Translations under genes and position numbers: made by a program | Shown here: piece after piece, positions 1 to 8,060 of the stretch | Layout of the letters: every line of letters starts with the position of its first letter | Numbering within the stretch: position 1 is the stretch's first letter | Source of the DNA: Hadesarchaea archaeon | GTDB taxonomy: Archaea; Hadarchaeota; Hadarchaeia; Hadarchaeales; Hadarchaeaceae | Direction: 5' to 3' | NCBI GenBank assembly: GCA_030619825.1 | Contig: JAUXAS010000004.1 | Coordinates: 1-29,526, forward strand | Length of the DNA stretch: 29,526 nucleotides | Notes under the pieces: generated by a model | What the model saw: the letters and a program-made list of their open reading frames with translations, nothing else | Database searches by the model: none | Told to the model about the DNA's origin: nothing

Positions 1-216
1 CGATCAGGCGTACGACCTCCGATCGAGTGGAATCATCGAGCGCGTGCTTGAGGAGCGGGTGCCTGGAGGGTACGAGTGCACGATAACCATGCTTGGCGGG
101 GCGCGGTTGGGCATCTACCTGCCAAAGGATGTGGTGCGGGAGATGGACATCGAACCCAAGCAAAAAGCCATAATCAAACTGCTGTCAAGGCGTCGGATGG
201 TAATCGAGGTCTAAGG
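1..216 (+). repeat. Direct repeat copy A (pairs with 11774..11989)
   Basis: Ungapped manual alignment at offset 11773 gives about 17 mismatches in 216 nt (about 92%). Identity ends 2 nt after the TAA. Confidence 0.95.
2..214 (+). CDS. 3' part of a YgiT-type zinc-finger/AbrB-like antitoxin (5' end lies outside the window); paralogue of 11523..11987
   Basis: Frame 2 reads DQAYDLRSSGIIERVLEERVPGGYECTITMLGGARLGIYLPKDVVREMDIEPKQKAIIKLLSRRRMVIEV*, which differs at only 4 of 70 aa from the C-terminus of 11523..11987. Confidence 0.85.
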   Translation, partial: DQAYDLRSSGIIERVLEERVPGGYECTITMLGGARLGIYLPKDVVREMDIEPKQKAIIKLLSRRRMVIEV

Positions 217-292
217 ATCCACAGCCGCACCTCTTTTGCCGCTTTTAGCGTTGCCCTTAACCGCCCCGATGCCAATCAAACATCGGGTGCCC

Positions 293-901
293 ATGGAGCT
301 CGAGCGCAAGCTCTCCCGGATCCCCAGCTACTCGCGCGAGCTGGGCCTGGACCTGCGGAAGCCCCGGGACCGGTTCAAGTGGTTCCTGGCATCGATGCTC
401 TTCGCCAAGCGCATCTCGGCCGACATCGCGAAGAAGACCTATCGGTTATTCGAGGCAGAGGGGCTGACGACCCCCGACGCCCTGCTCCGGGCCGGGTGGG
501 ACAAGCTCGTCGAGGTGCTGGACGCGGGTGGCTACGTGCGCTACGACTTCTCGACCGCGACCAACCTCCTGGAGATGGCGAAGGGCCTCAAGCAGCGGTA
601 TGGGAACCTCGAGCGCTTGCATGAGGAAGCTGCGGGCCCCCGGGAGCTCGAGCGACTCCTCCAGGGGCTCAAGGGCATAGGGCCGACCGCCACGAACATA
701 TTCCTTCGGGAGCTCCGGGGGATATGGCCGAAGGCTAGGCCGAAGCCCTCGAGGCTGGCGCTTGAGGTGGGCAGGCGGCTCAAGCTTCGCGCCCTCGAGC
801 CCTTCGAGTCGGCGCTCGTGAGGCTCAAGCTCGAGTACTGCAAGCGCGGGCGGTGCGGGGCCTGTCCCGTGAGGGGATACTGCAGGCGGCGTGTGGCATG
901 A
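293..901 (+). CDS. HhH-GPD superfamily DNA glycosylase-like protein with C-terminal 4-Cys (Fe-S) motif
   Basis: HhH motif LQGLKGIGPTATNIFLREL and C-terminal CKRGRCGACPVRGYC. ATG at 293 follows GGGTG; alternative starts at 236 and 269. Confidence 0.75.
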   Translation: MELERKLSRIPSYSRELGLDLRKPRDRFKWFLASMLFAKRISADIAKKTYRLFEAEGLTTPDALLRAGWDKLVEVLDAGGYVRYDFSTATNLLEMAKGLKQRYGNLERLHEEAAGPRELERLLQGLKGIGPTATNIFLRELRGIWPKARPKPSRLALEVGRRLKLRALEPFESALVRLKLEYCKRGRCGACPVRGYCRRRVA

Positions 902-1218
902 AGAGTTTTTGAAATGTAAATCCCGCCTAGCCGCGCCACTCCACGCTTGAATTTCGGATTCAAAACCACTTGCTTCAAAGAGAATTTCCCGTTTCAAAGA
1001 AAAAAAGAGATATTGTGGCTCTTTTTCAGGATCCAGCTGACATAAGTATCAAGCTCCCCCAATTTATTTCTAGATGGGCGACTATCCCCAATGGTATTAG
1101 GCTTGCGTTTTCGCTATTTGCTCGAGTTCGGCGCGCACTACGAGCTTAAGCGCTTCCTATACGGCCCACAGCTCCAGAAGCTAAGAGTTAATAGTGTTTT
1201 TTATCAAAATATTCTTGT

Positions 1219-1779
1219 ATGGTATCTGCTGCGGAATGGTTTAAGAGATTTGCTGAGGGACTCCCAAACGATGACGGAGTTAGAATACAGAGAGAATTGT
1301 TTGATGAACGGGGGAATTGGGGGACAGATACTCAGTGGACTCATGTTATGTCTGTTTTCCTGATGAAACTCGCAAGGAAAATGGGCTATTTCCAAGAATG
1401 CAAAAACATCGACTTTATTTGGTATAGGGGTGATTCGATAAATCCATCAATATTAATAGAGCATGAACACGATTACGAAACAGTAACTGGAAGTGAACTC
1501 CCGAAATTGTTACGTTACAAGTGCAAGAAATGTGAACTCAGAATTTTGATCACGTACACTTGGGCTAGTAAACTGGCATCCGCTGATGAAATTAAACAAA
1601 TTAGAGACAAGATACTAACAAATATCTCTGATAAAATCATGGAATTAAGGGAGGTATGGGGTGGAGAGTTTCTTTTAATAATCGGGGATTCATCACCCGC
1701 TGAGGGAGATATAGATTGGGGCAAGTATTGGCACGGTTACATTTTTGATCAATTCAAGTTCCATAAGGTTGTAGTTTGA
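1219..1779 (+). CDS. Putative PD-(D/E)XK restriction-endonuclease-like protein
   Basis: AT-rich 186-aa ORF with IDFIW...ILIEHEHD (D...ExE variant of the catalytic core), followed by a helix (ELPKLL) and a strand (LRILITY). Confidence 0.55.
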   Translation: MVSAAEWFKRFAEGLPNDDGVRIQRELFDERGNWGTDTQWTHVMSVFLMKLARKMGYFQECKNIDFIWYRGDSINPSILIEHEHDYETVTGSELPKLLRYKCKKCELRILITYTWASKLASADEIKQIRDKILTNISDKIMELREVWGGEFLLIIGDSSPAEGDIDWGKYWHGYIFDQFKFHKVVV

Positions 1780-1964
1780 ACTCTTCCTTTTTCTTACCTG
1801 GCCTTTTCATTTTAGAGATATGCAAGATATCGAGGGCAGTCTCTGAAATCGTCAGTTTTACAATATTTGTTTAAAACATCTTCTTCTGTTTTATGCGGCT
1901 CTCCAATCCCGCACTGCTCTTTTGTAACGCCGGGAACCAGCCACTATTCAGCTGCTAGCACTCT

Positions 1965-3077
1965 TTATAGGGGAACAAACTCCACAAAATCTTCGATTCT
2001 TTCGCCACCTTTTACACGTTCTAGCAATTGGTTTAAAAGCTCGCGCGCAGCGGGATTAGGGTGGATGACTTTAGACGCAAATAGCTCCACATGTTTTCGC
2101 AGAGATAGGCGTGCTATTTGTTCAACGACATTGGGTTTGTACCCCTGTACAAAAATATCCAACTTGGGGCATGCGCAAAAGTAGGCCTCGTGGAGACCGT
2201 AACTTGCGAAATTATGCCATTCTTTCATTTTAAAAATTCTGAGCAGAAAGGCGCAGGCGTGAGACGAAAAACTTTCTTGCAAATTACCAGCTTCGCCAAT
2301 GACCTGGACATCGGGTTGCTCTTCAAAAAGATGCAGGGGGAGCCCTTTGACATTGAAATTTGGGAACTCGATCAGTATTCCATATCTGTCTTCGCGTGTC
2401 TGCATGGCGAATACGAATTTTGGCATAGATGCAAAGTTTGTTACACCGCCAAAAATCTCTGCCATGAGGTCTACGTGGGCTGGTGTTATCCTACCGTTGT
2501 CCAGTTTGGGTACATTAATTGCAACTAAAGGAACTTTGCCAGTAGGCGGCACCACTTTGGCAAATTCGCTGAATGTGGTCACATTGTACGGGTTGGCGCA
2601 GTCTTCCATGTTCGTATTCAACCCCTTTGCTTCTGCGAGTTCTCTAGAGCATAAACATGCATCAAAATCCCCCCTTTTTAGCCTAGCAACCGCTTTCGTT
2701 GTTGTTGAACATTTAACGAAACGATTGGTAACGCCCATTTTACGTAGGAAGTTGCTACACTGTTGGTAGGCAACTTCAGCAGAGCCTATCCTCCTCGGCT
2801 GACCGTCGAATTGGGGTTTTGTTGCATATACGAAGATAATCCTCTCACACCAAAGAGTGGAGATACGAGCAACCTCTTCAAAAATCAATTCTTCTGGGGA
2901 GGACTTGGGGATTATTCCACGGTTGGAGTTCCATAAAGGCAGGGCCGCGCTTTTGTTTATCGGGAGCCCTTTTCGGAGAGCGTTTTTTATCTCCTTAAAT
3001 TTTTTAAAGGTAAGTCGCCTGCGCGGAAATCTCTTCTTGCAGGCCAAGTAAGTCATTGAGTATTTGTCTCCAACCAC
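1965..3077 (-). CDS. Diverged prephenate-dehydratase-like protein (PDT domain, degenerate ACT-like domain, HicB-like C-terminus); probably not a housekeeping PheA
   Basis: Co-linear matches to the PDT consensus: VGDKYSMTYLA~LGPxGSxSxxA, FKEIKNALRKG~FxxVFxAVxxG, LPLWNSNRG~VPIENSxEG, SAEVAYQQCSNFL~SHPQALxQCxxFL, STTTKAV~SSTAxAA, SRELAEAKGL~SxxAAxxYGL, NVTTF~NxTRF. Then RYGILIEF...VQVIG (ACT-like) and YFCACPKLDIFVQG (HicB-like). Confidence 0.65.
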   Translation of the reverse strand: MVGDKYSMTYLACKKRFPRRRLTFKKFKEIKNALRKGLPINKSAALPLWNSNRGIIPKSSPEELIFEEVARISTLWCERIIFVYATKPQFDGQPRRIGSAEVAYQQCSNFLRKMGVTNRFVKCSTTTKAVARLKRGDFDACLCSRELAEAKGLNTNMEDCANPYNVTTFSEFAKVVPPTGKVPLVAINVPKLDNGRITPAHVDLMAEIFGGVTNFASMPKFVFAMQTREDRYGILIEFPNFNVKGLPLHLFEEQPDVQVIGEAGNLQESFSSHACAFLLRIFKMKEWHNFASYGLHEAYFCACPKLDIFVQGYKPNVVEQIARLSLRKHVELFASKVIHPNPAARELLNQLLERVKGGERIEDFVEFVPL

Positions 3078-3102
3078 GAGGGTTATGTTAACTGCCGTCT
3101 GC

Positions 3103-4221
3103 TCACCCGCGCTTCATTTTAGTAAGGGCTGAGTTTACTGCGGCCAAAAGCTTTTTAAGCGGCGCATCGCTGATTTCAGCAAGTTTTTTTCGATCGAGGT
3201 TCTCCAAAAACTTGGTGAACTGTTCGATCCTCTCTGGGTAAGATTTGATTGAGAGGCTCGCTCTTGCTAAAGCTGCGGCCTCGTGAAGGCGCAATCCAGC
3301 AGACTCATCTACCATTTTCCAAGCAACTTCGTCCTTATGGCAGTCGATAAGCTCGCGGACATCAGTCATGGTGTTTATCACATCATTATAAACGTAAGAA
3401 AAAAACTTCTCTTTTAGTTCTTTGAACTCTGCCTTGCTTACGAGTTTGTAGCGGCCGTACCTGGTCTTATTAATAAAGTCCTCGAAGCAATTCCACTTGT
3501 CTTTCACAATCGCTTCGGTTTCAAGTTGCTTCTCTTTGTCAAAACTACGCACGAACTCTTTTGTGAAGTTCTCTATTTCCAAAAATTTGTTTATGGTCCT
3601 AATGTTTATCCCGTAAATACGTCGAATCGCGCCATACGCTTTATCTCGTGAAAAACCCCGCCTCCTCGCTTTCTCGTATTCGCCCGCTATAACCGCGGCT
3701 TTAACCTCACGGGGCCACTTTACTTTAAAATCTTCCATATAGTTGGCTTCCGCGACCACCAACTTTTCGAGTATCTTTGGTAGTGGTGGGATGACATCAG
3801 CCGGTATCCGCAAGACGTGGCCTGGTGGTTTTTCACCCCTGTTCACATAGTCTCGCACTAGTATTTTGCACGAAAATAGGCGGCGGTTACCATCGATCAA
3901 GCGTCCATTCTCGGTTAGAGTAATCGGTACCCTTACACCATTCTTATCAATAGATTTTGCGAGTTCTCTAAGCTCGAGCTTCGGATCTGTAATCATTTGG
4001 TCAAGAAGTTCATCGTCAGTCAGTTCATATATTGACCGCCCAGTTTCATGCTGGATACGCTTAATGTTTAAAAATGTTCTCGCATTATCTTTCCAGTATC
4101 TGAGTTTTGAAATATCTATCTTGCCAGTTGTGACCCGCACGCTCACATTATGGTAGATTCTAATAGCTGGCCGCCGATTAACCAAATACTTTAGAATCTT
4201 CCCATTATTGTCTGATGTCAT
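3103..4221 (-). CDS. ParB/Sulfiredoxin-like N-terminal domain protein with helical C-terminus
   Basis: ELAKSIDKNGVRVPITLTENGRLIDGNRR is the ParB/Srx signature (S-I-xx-G...P...IDGxRR). Its ATG overlaps the MTase stop (ATGA). Confidence 0.8.
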   Translation of the reverse strand: MTSDNNGKILKYLVNRRPAIRIYHNVSVRVTTGKIDISKLRYWKDNARTFLNIKRIQHETGRSIYELTDDELLDQMITDPKLELRELAKSIDKNGVRVPITLTENGRLIDGNRRLFSCKILVRDYVNRGEKPPGHVLRIPADVIPPLPKILEKLVVAEANYMEDFKVKWPREVKAAVIAGEYEKARRRGFSRDKAYGAIRRIYGINIRTINKFLEIENFTKEFVRSFDKEKQLETEAIVKDKWNCFEDFINKTRYGRYKLVSKAEFKELKEKFFSYVYNDVINTMTDVRELIDCHKDEVAWKMVDESAGLRLHEAAALARASLSIKSYPERIEQFTKFLENLDRKKLAEISDAPLKKLLAAVNSALTKMKRG

Positions 4222-5375
4222 GAGCAGCCCTCCTCAAACCAATTTATCAAACTCCGGCCAATACCCTCTCCAAGCTCTACAGGGACAGCGTTGCCTATTT
4301 GGATGTAACGTTGCGTCAGACTTCCTTCAAATTGCCAATCTTCAGGATACCCTTGGAGCAAGGCGCACTCCGTGGTCGTGAAGGGCCGCGCTTTGGTAGG
4401 GTGGCAGAGATTTGTTGCTCTTCCCCGGGGATCTGTTGTGATCGTCGGGCAAGGGTTGTCCCACGAGATTCTCCGCGCGAAACCCACTCGACCGCCCCAA
4501 GAGTAGTAGGCGGCGCCCATCACCTTTTTCTGCCACATTTTTGGCAACACCCTCCAGTTCTCACCTGGTTTTACTAATTTATTCGTAAAGATATGTGCCC
4601 GCACCGCATCATAAGGTCGATAGTCAACACCTAGCGTTTCGTGCCCGCCGTCTAAATGGCTGATGACATTTCTAATAGGGCGGTGACAGCTGGCAAATCT
4701 GCCGATTGGCTTTTCAAGCGCGTAACCGTTCCGTGAACCTACAATAAAAACACGTTTCCTCACTTGTGCCGTGCCGAAGTCCGCAGCGTTCAGCTCCCAA
4801 ATATAGGTGTGGTAACCATATTTCTTGTCTCGGCGGAGGGTCTTGTCGAAACAGCCGCGTATAAAATCCCAGGCTGAGCCGAGGCGTACTTTCTTGCCGC
4901 GCGGTTCGCGGGCATTTTTTCTATTTTCGAGAGGTTGGTGGCGGAGGGCAGCGGAGATGATGCCCTTGACGTTTTCAAACACGAAGAAAGTAGGTTTGAT
5001 GCCCCAAACAAGGTCTAAGAACTTCTGAAAGAGGGTGCCATCTTCTGTACTCACAGAACGCCTACGGCCGATAGTGCTAAACGGTTGACATGGCGGACCA
5101 CCGGACACCAGGGCTGCCTCCCCTCTCCTGAGCCCAGCTATTTTCAACAGGCGGTATGCCGACACATTACGCACGTCTTCTTGAAGCACGCACCCGGCCA
5201 GCTGTGGGCGATTTCTGAGGATCGTCTGAACCGCGAAAGGATTCTTCTCAACACATGCTCTGATCTCAAAACCAGCACGTTCAAGCCCCAAGTCTAAGCC
5301 ATATGCCCCGGTGAATAAAGAGATGCTAGGGTAGCATCCGCGCGGCGCTTTTTCGTGGATTCCACTATAGCCCAT
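4218..5375 (-). CDS. dcm: DNA (cytosine-5)-methyltransferase
   Basis: Ordered motifs I (LFTGAYGLDLG), IV (GGPPCQPFS), VI (ENVKG), VIII (QVRKRVF) and X (QIGNAVP). The segment after motif VI and the TRD recall the M.SinI-like subfamily. Start placed at ATG 5375; the ORF is open to GTG 5402. Confidence 0.95.
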   Translation of the reverse strand: MGYSGIHEKAPRGCYPSISLFTGAYGLDLGLERAGFEIRACVEKNPFAVQTILRNRPQLAGCVLQEDVRNVSAYRLLKIAGLRRGEAALVSGGPPCQPFSTIGRRRSVSTEDGTLFQKFLDLVWGIKPTFFVFENVKGIISAALRHQPLENRKNAREPRGKKVRLGSAWDFIRGCFDKTLRRDKKYGYHTYIWELNAADFGTAQVRKRVFIVGSRNGYALEKPIGRFASCHRPIRNVISHLDGGHETLGVDYRPYDAVRAHIFTNKLVKPGENWRVLPKMWQKKVMGAAYYSWGGRVGFARRISWDNPCPTITTDPRGRATNLCHPTKARPFTTTECALLQGYPEDWQFEGSLTQRYIQIGNAVPVELGEGIGRSLINWFEEGCS

Positions 5376-5492
5376 CTTACCAACCAAAAGATACATTCTC
5401 ACATCTGATTTTAGCTTTTCTATAGCGCCGATCGGCGGCAGTGTTTGAACGATAAATTAATTTAACTCATCGGCCTATTCTGGTGGGTTACG

Positions 5493-6173
5493 ATGAGGGT
5501 GCCAGCCCCAGACAAACGCTTCTTCCGCGGCCAGATTCGGAAGTTCTATGCGCGGTCAGGGAGGCATTTCAAGTGGCGCCGGGAGGCAGACCCCTACCGC
5601 GTCCTTATCACTGAGATTTTGTTAAAGAAGACTACAGCAAAGAAAGTCGAAACTATATACGACAGGTTTTTCGCCGAGTACAGTGGTTGGGGAGACTTGA
5701 TGTCGGCAAAGCCGCGGGATCTTCGGAGGGATCTCAGGCACCTGGGCCTGCAGAAACAGCGCACGAAGGCTCTTGGGAAACTTGCGCAGGTTCTTCGCAT
5801 TAAGCACGGAAACAAGGTTCCCTCCACCTACGATGGGCTGGTCAGCCTCCCTGGAGTAGGCAGGTACACCGCCAATGCGGTGCTTTGCTTTGCGTACGGG
5901 GAGCCGCGCCCCGTGGTCGACGTAAATGTTGCTAGGGTTCTCCAGAGGTTTTTCGGCTTGCCCCCTACTAGAGATGTTAACCGGGACGAACCGCTGTGGG
6001 AACTAGCCAAGCAACTCCTGCCAAAAGGCCATTTTAAAGAGCATAACTTTGGGATCATCGACTTCGCAGCTAGAATATGTGGGGCTGTGCGGCTGAAGTG
6101 TGTGGAGTGCGGTCTTGCCCCCCGCTGTGCTTACTTTACTACTGGTCACGGAGCTAACAACAAAAACAGCTAG
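5493..6173 (+). CDS. mig: Mismatch-specific (T/G, U/G) DNA glycosylase, Mig/MutY-like HhH-GPD family with Fe-S cluster
   Basis: RHFKWR..DPYRVLITEILLKKTTA closely resembles Mig.MthI. Also LPGVGRYTA, VVDVNV (catalytic Asp) and C-x6-C-x2-C-x5-C. No MutY C-terminal NUDIX-like domain. Divergent from a C5-MTase. Confidence 0.8.
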   Translation: MRVPAPDKRFFRGQIRKFYARSGRHFKWRREADPYRVLITEILLKKTTAKKVETIYDRFFAEYSGWGDLMSAKPRDLRRDLRHLGLQKQRTKALGKLAQVLRIKHGNKVPSTYDGLVSLPGVGRYTANAVLCFAYGEPRPVVDVNVARVLQRFFGLPPTRDVNRDEPLWELAKQLLPKGHFKEHNFGIIDFAARICGAVRLKCVECGLAPRCAYFTTGHGANNKNS

Positions 6174-6485
6174 TGCTTTCTTGAGCGGCGCTTGCGCTAT
6201 TCGGTCCAACACCTAGGGCGAATACTCTTCTCTCCACGACGGCCTTCGATTGTCGAGCATGCAAAACTCGAGGGCTCTTTCAGCACTAAATAGGGGCAGC
6301 CTCCTATCTTGGGATAGCTTTCCAGCTAGCCGACATAGTATTTCTAAAGGCGAGTCCCGCCAGCCGCACTACTTTATTTTGTTCGTCCTACAAGTAAAAA
6401 AGCTCAATTATTGCTCCTTTTCTGAATCTCTCGAAAAATTTGATCCGAAACATTAAATACGATCCTTTTTGATCCGATCTGATCG

Positions 6486-6821
6486 ATGAGGAAGACACTA
6501 AACTTGGGCAACGGCTACAGGATAAGAGCCACGAGGAAGAAGGTTGGAACTTTCGCGGTAGTCGCGATCGACTGGGAGCACCCCAACTACGGCTACTTCG
6601 CCGATGCGATGCTGTGGGTACGGGCACCCCACATAGATGAATGGGTTTGCCTCAACTTGGTCAGGTGGGGGGAAAAGTACCGTTTGCTGAAGCCATTCCT
6701 GAAGGACTATCCAGCGTTTTCGAAACTTTTTGAATTCGACCCTTTTGAAGAGATACGGGGAGCTATCCGGAAGATATTCGAATCGCGGAAAGCAATTCCT
6801 CGAAAGTATGTGGCTCCTTGA
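6486..6821 (+). CDS. Hypothetical protein
   Basis: 111-aa ATG ORF with protein-like composition in otherwise unassigned space. Its 3' end overlaps the convergent gene by 59 nt. Confidence 0.45.
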   Translation: MRKTLNLGNGYRIRATRKKVGTFAVVAIDWEHPNYGYFADAMLWVRAPHIDEWVCLNLVRWGEKYRLLKPFLKDYPAFSKLFEFDPFEEIRGAIRKIFESRKAIPRKYVAP

Positions 6822-7716
6822 GGTCTATCCCTCCGAACTCGTATTTCATGAAATGTACGTCTGGACTAGAAATCCTCTTGGAAATTTTCTCGGCGATTAT
6901 AACTCCGGTTACGCATTCCTCTCCTAACTCTTCTATATATCCCCGGAGTTGTTTTACATCCTTCATCTCAGCCCTACTTAGTTTCACTTCCACAGCGATT
7001 ATCCTTGATCTGCCCATGGGTTTCGAGTCCTTTATGAGCAAGTCGACATACCCTCGCGGCAATGCTTTTTCCGTTAAGATCTCAAAATCTTCGGGAACAA
7101 AGCCCTTAAAGCCCAGAATACCAAAAAGGTCGTCTAATTTATCGCTCTTGGAGAGATGCTGCCTTATAAGCGAGTGGAGAATTATTTCTCTCAACTGAAA
7201 GACTCCTTGCTGCTTTGTCTTTGTGCCTCTTGCAAATTTTGGGGTGAAATTCTTATGGGGAGGTAAGCTTAAAGGTTCTGGCTCGCCACTGTAAACTTCT
7301 GGAAGTTGGGAAGTACTCTGGAGAGTAGTCTGGTCTGCTTGGAAGTGAGTTTTTCTATACCCACCCCTCAACATCAAGTTTTCTGCGATGTACTGAAACC
7401 CTTCACGCGCTAGTGATTCTTCGAATTTCCTTACCGGTTTCAAATAAAGTCGGTATTGAAAACCAACTGCTCTGCCAAACCTGTAAAGTGGTTCCCATGG
7501 GTATGAGAACCCTGAATCTTCAATTGCTTCCTTTCCTATAACTTTGTAAAGATTATGCGCCTTAGCACCATACAGAAATGAAACGTAATCGCCTTCTTTA
7601 ATCTCTAAATAAGCCCACAGACCATTCATTGTGCTTGGCATGCCCGCATGAGCGTGCTTTTTACATATTTCGAGATTTTCCTTCGTAGAGACTGCGATGA
7701 AGAAGTACGGCTGCAT
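6763..7716 (-). CDS. EVE/DCD (PUA-like) domain fused to a NucS-like PD-(D/E)XK nuclease; candidate modification-dependent restriction enzyme
   Basis: N-terminus YFFIAVSTKENLEICKK...IKEGDYVSFLY...FQYRLYLKP is EVE/DCD-like. C-terminus GYVDLLIKD...IAVEVK...VKQLRGY...GVIIA matches the NucS C-terminal pattern. Confidence 0.75.
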   Translation of the reverse strand: MQPYFFIAVSTKENLEICKKHAHAGMPSTMNGLWAYLEIKEGDYVSFLYGAKAHNLYKVIGKEAIEDSGFSYPWEPLYRFGRAVGFQYRLYLKPVRKFEESLAREGFQYIAENLMLRGGYRKTHFQADQTTLQSTSQLPEVYSGEPEPLSLPPHKNFTPKFARGTKTKQQGVFQLREIILHSLIRQHLSKSDKLDDLFGILGFKGFVPEDFEILTEKALPRGYVDLLIKDSKPMGRSRIIAVEVKLSRAEMKDVKQLRGYIEELGEECVTGVIIAEKISKRISSPDVHFMKYEFGGIDLKEPHTFEELLSAIRISSG

Positions 7717-7769
7717 GAGAAAATGTTTGGAATTCTTGGATCTAAAGGTTTCGGTGGGCGCTCTTCACC

Positions 7770-7997
7770 AAGCACTTCGTTCCCATCACACCCAGAGTTC
7801 TGCAATCGTTTTTAGATGCTGGGTTCATCCTTCGTGAAGACTTCATAAAAATGCAGTGGAAAATGAAGTCAACTAGGGAGAGGTGGAGGGGCAAAGGTTA
7901 CGATTTTCTTTTGATAAGTCATGAACATTTGTACATTTTTAGAAAACCTGAAGAAGGTGAATCTCTAACAAAATTCAAGGAAAGCGTGAAATGGTAA
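7770..7997 (+). pseudogene. 3' remnant of an N4/N6-type DNA methyltransferase (COG0863-like)
   Basis: Not in the ORF track. It reads KHFVPITPRVLQSFLDAGFILREDFIKMQWKMKSTRERWRGKGYDFLLISHEHLYIFRKP...W*, and GFILxEDxIK and HEHLxxFRKP are typical C-terminal motifs of this family. There is an in-frame TAA at 7743 and no start codon before the homologous part. Confidence 0.75.
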
Positions 7998-8060
7998 TAA
8001 TTGTAATGAAAAATCCATAGTGAGTTCATGGGTGCCTTCTGAGAGAATTGCATGCTAGTT

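Noticed and set aside
918..963. tRNA-like end (aaatcccgcctagccgcgcca) and small hairpin
   Set aside because: No T-loop consensus and no match to the other four repeats; likely chance or a terminator.
1965..3077. Calling this gene a housekeeping pheA
   Set aside because: The ENS, HPQ, TRF and ESRP motifs are altered, there is an extra C-terminal domain, and no aromatic amino-acid genes are nearby.
6174..6456. Short ORFs or possible pseudogene after the Mig gene
   Set aside because: Frames are short or interrupted and carry no recognisable motif.
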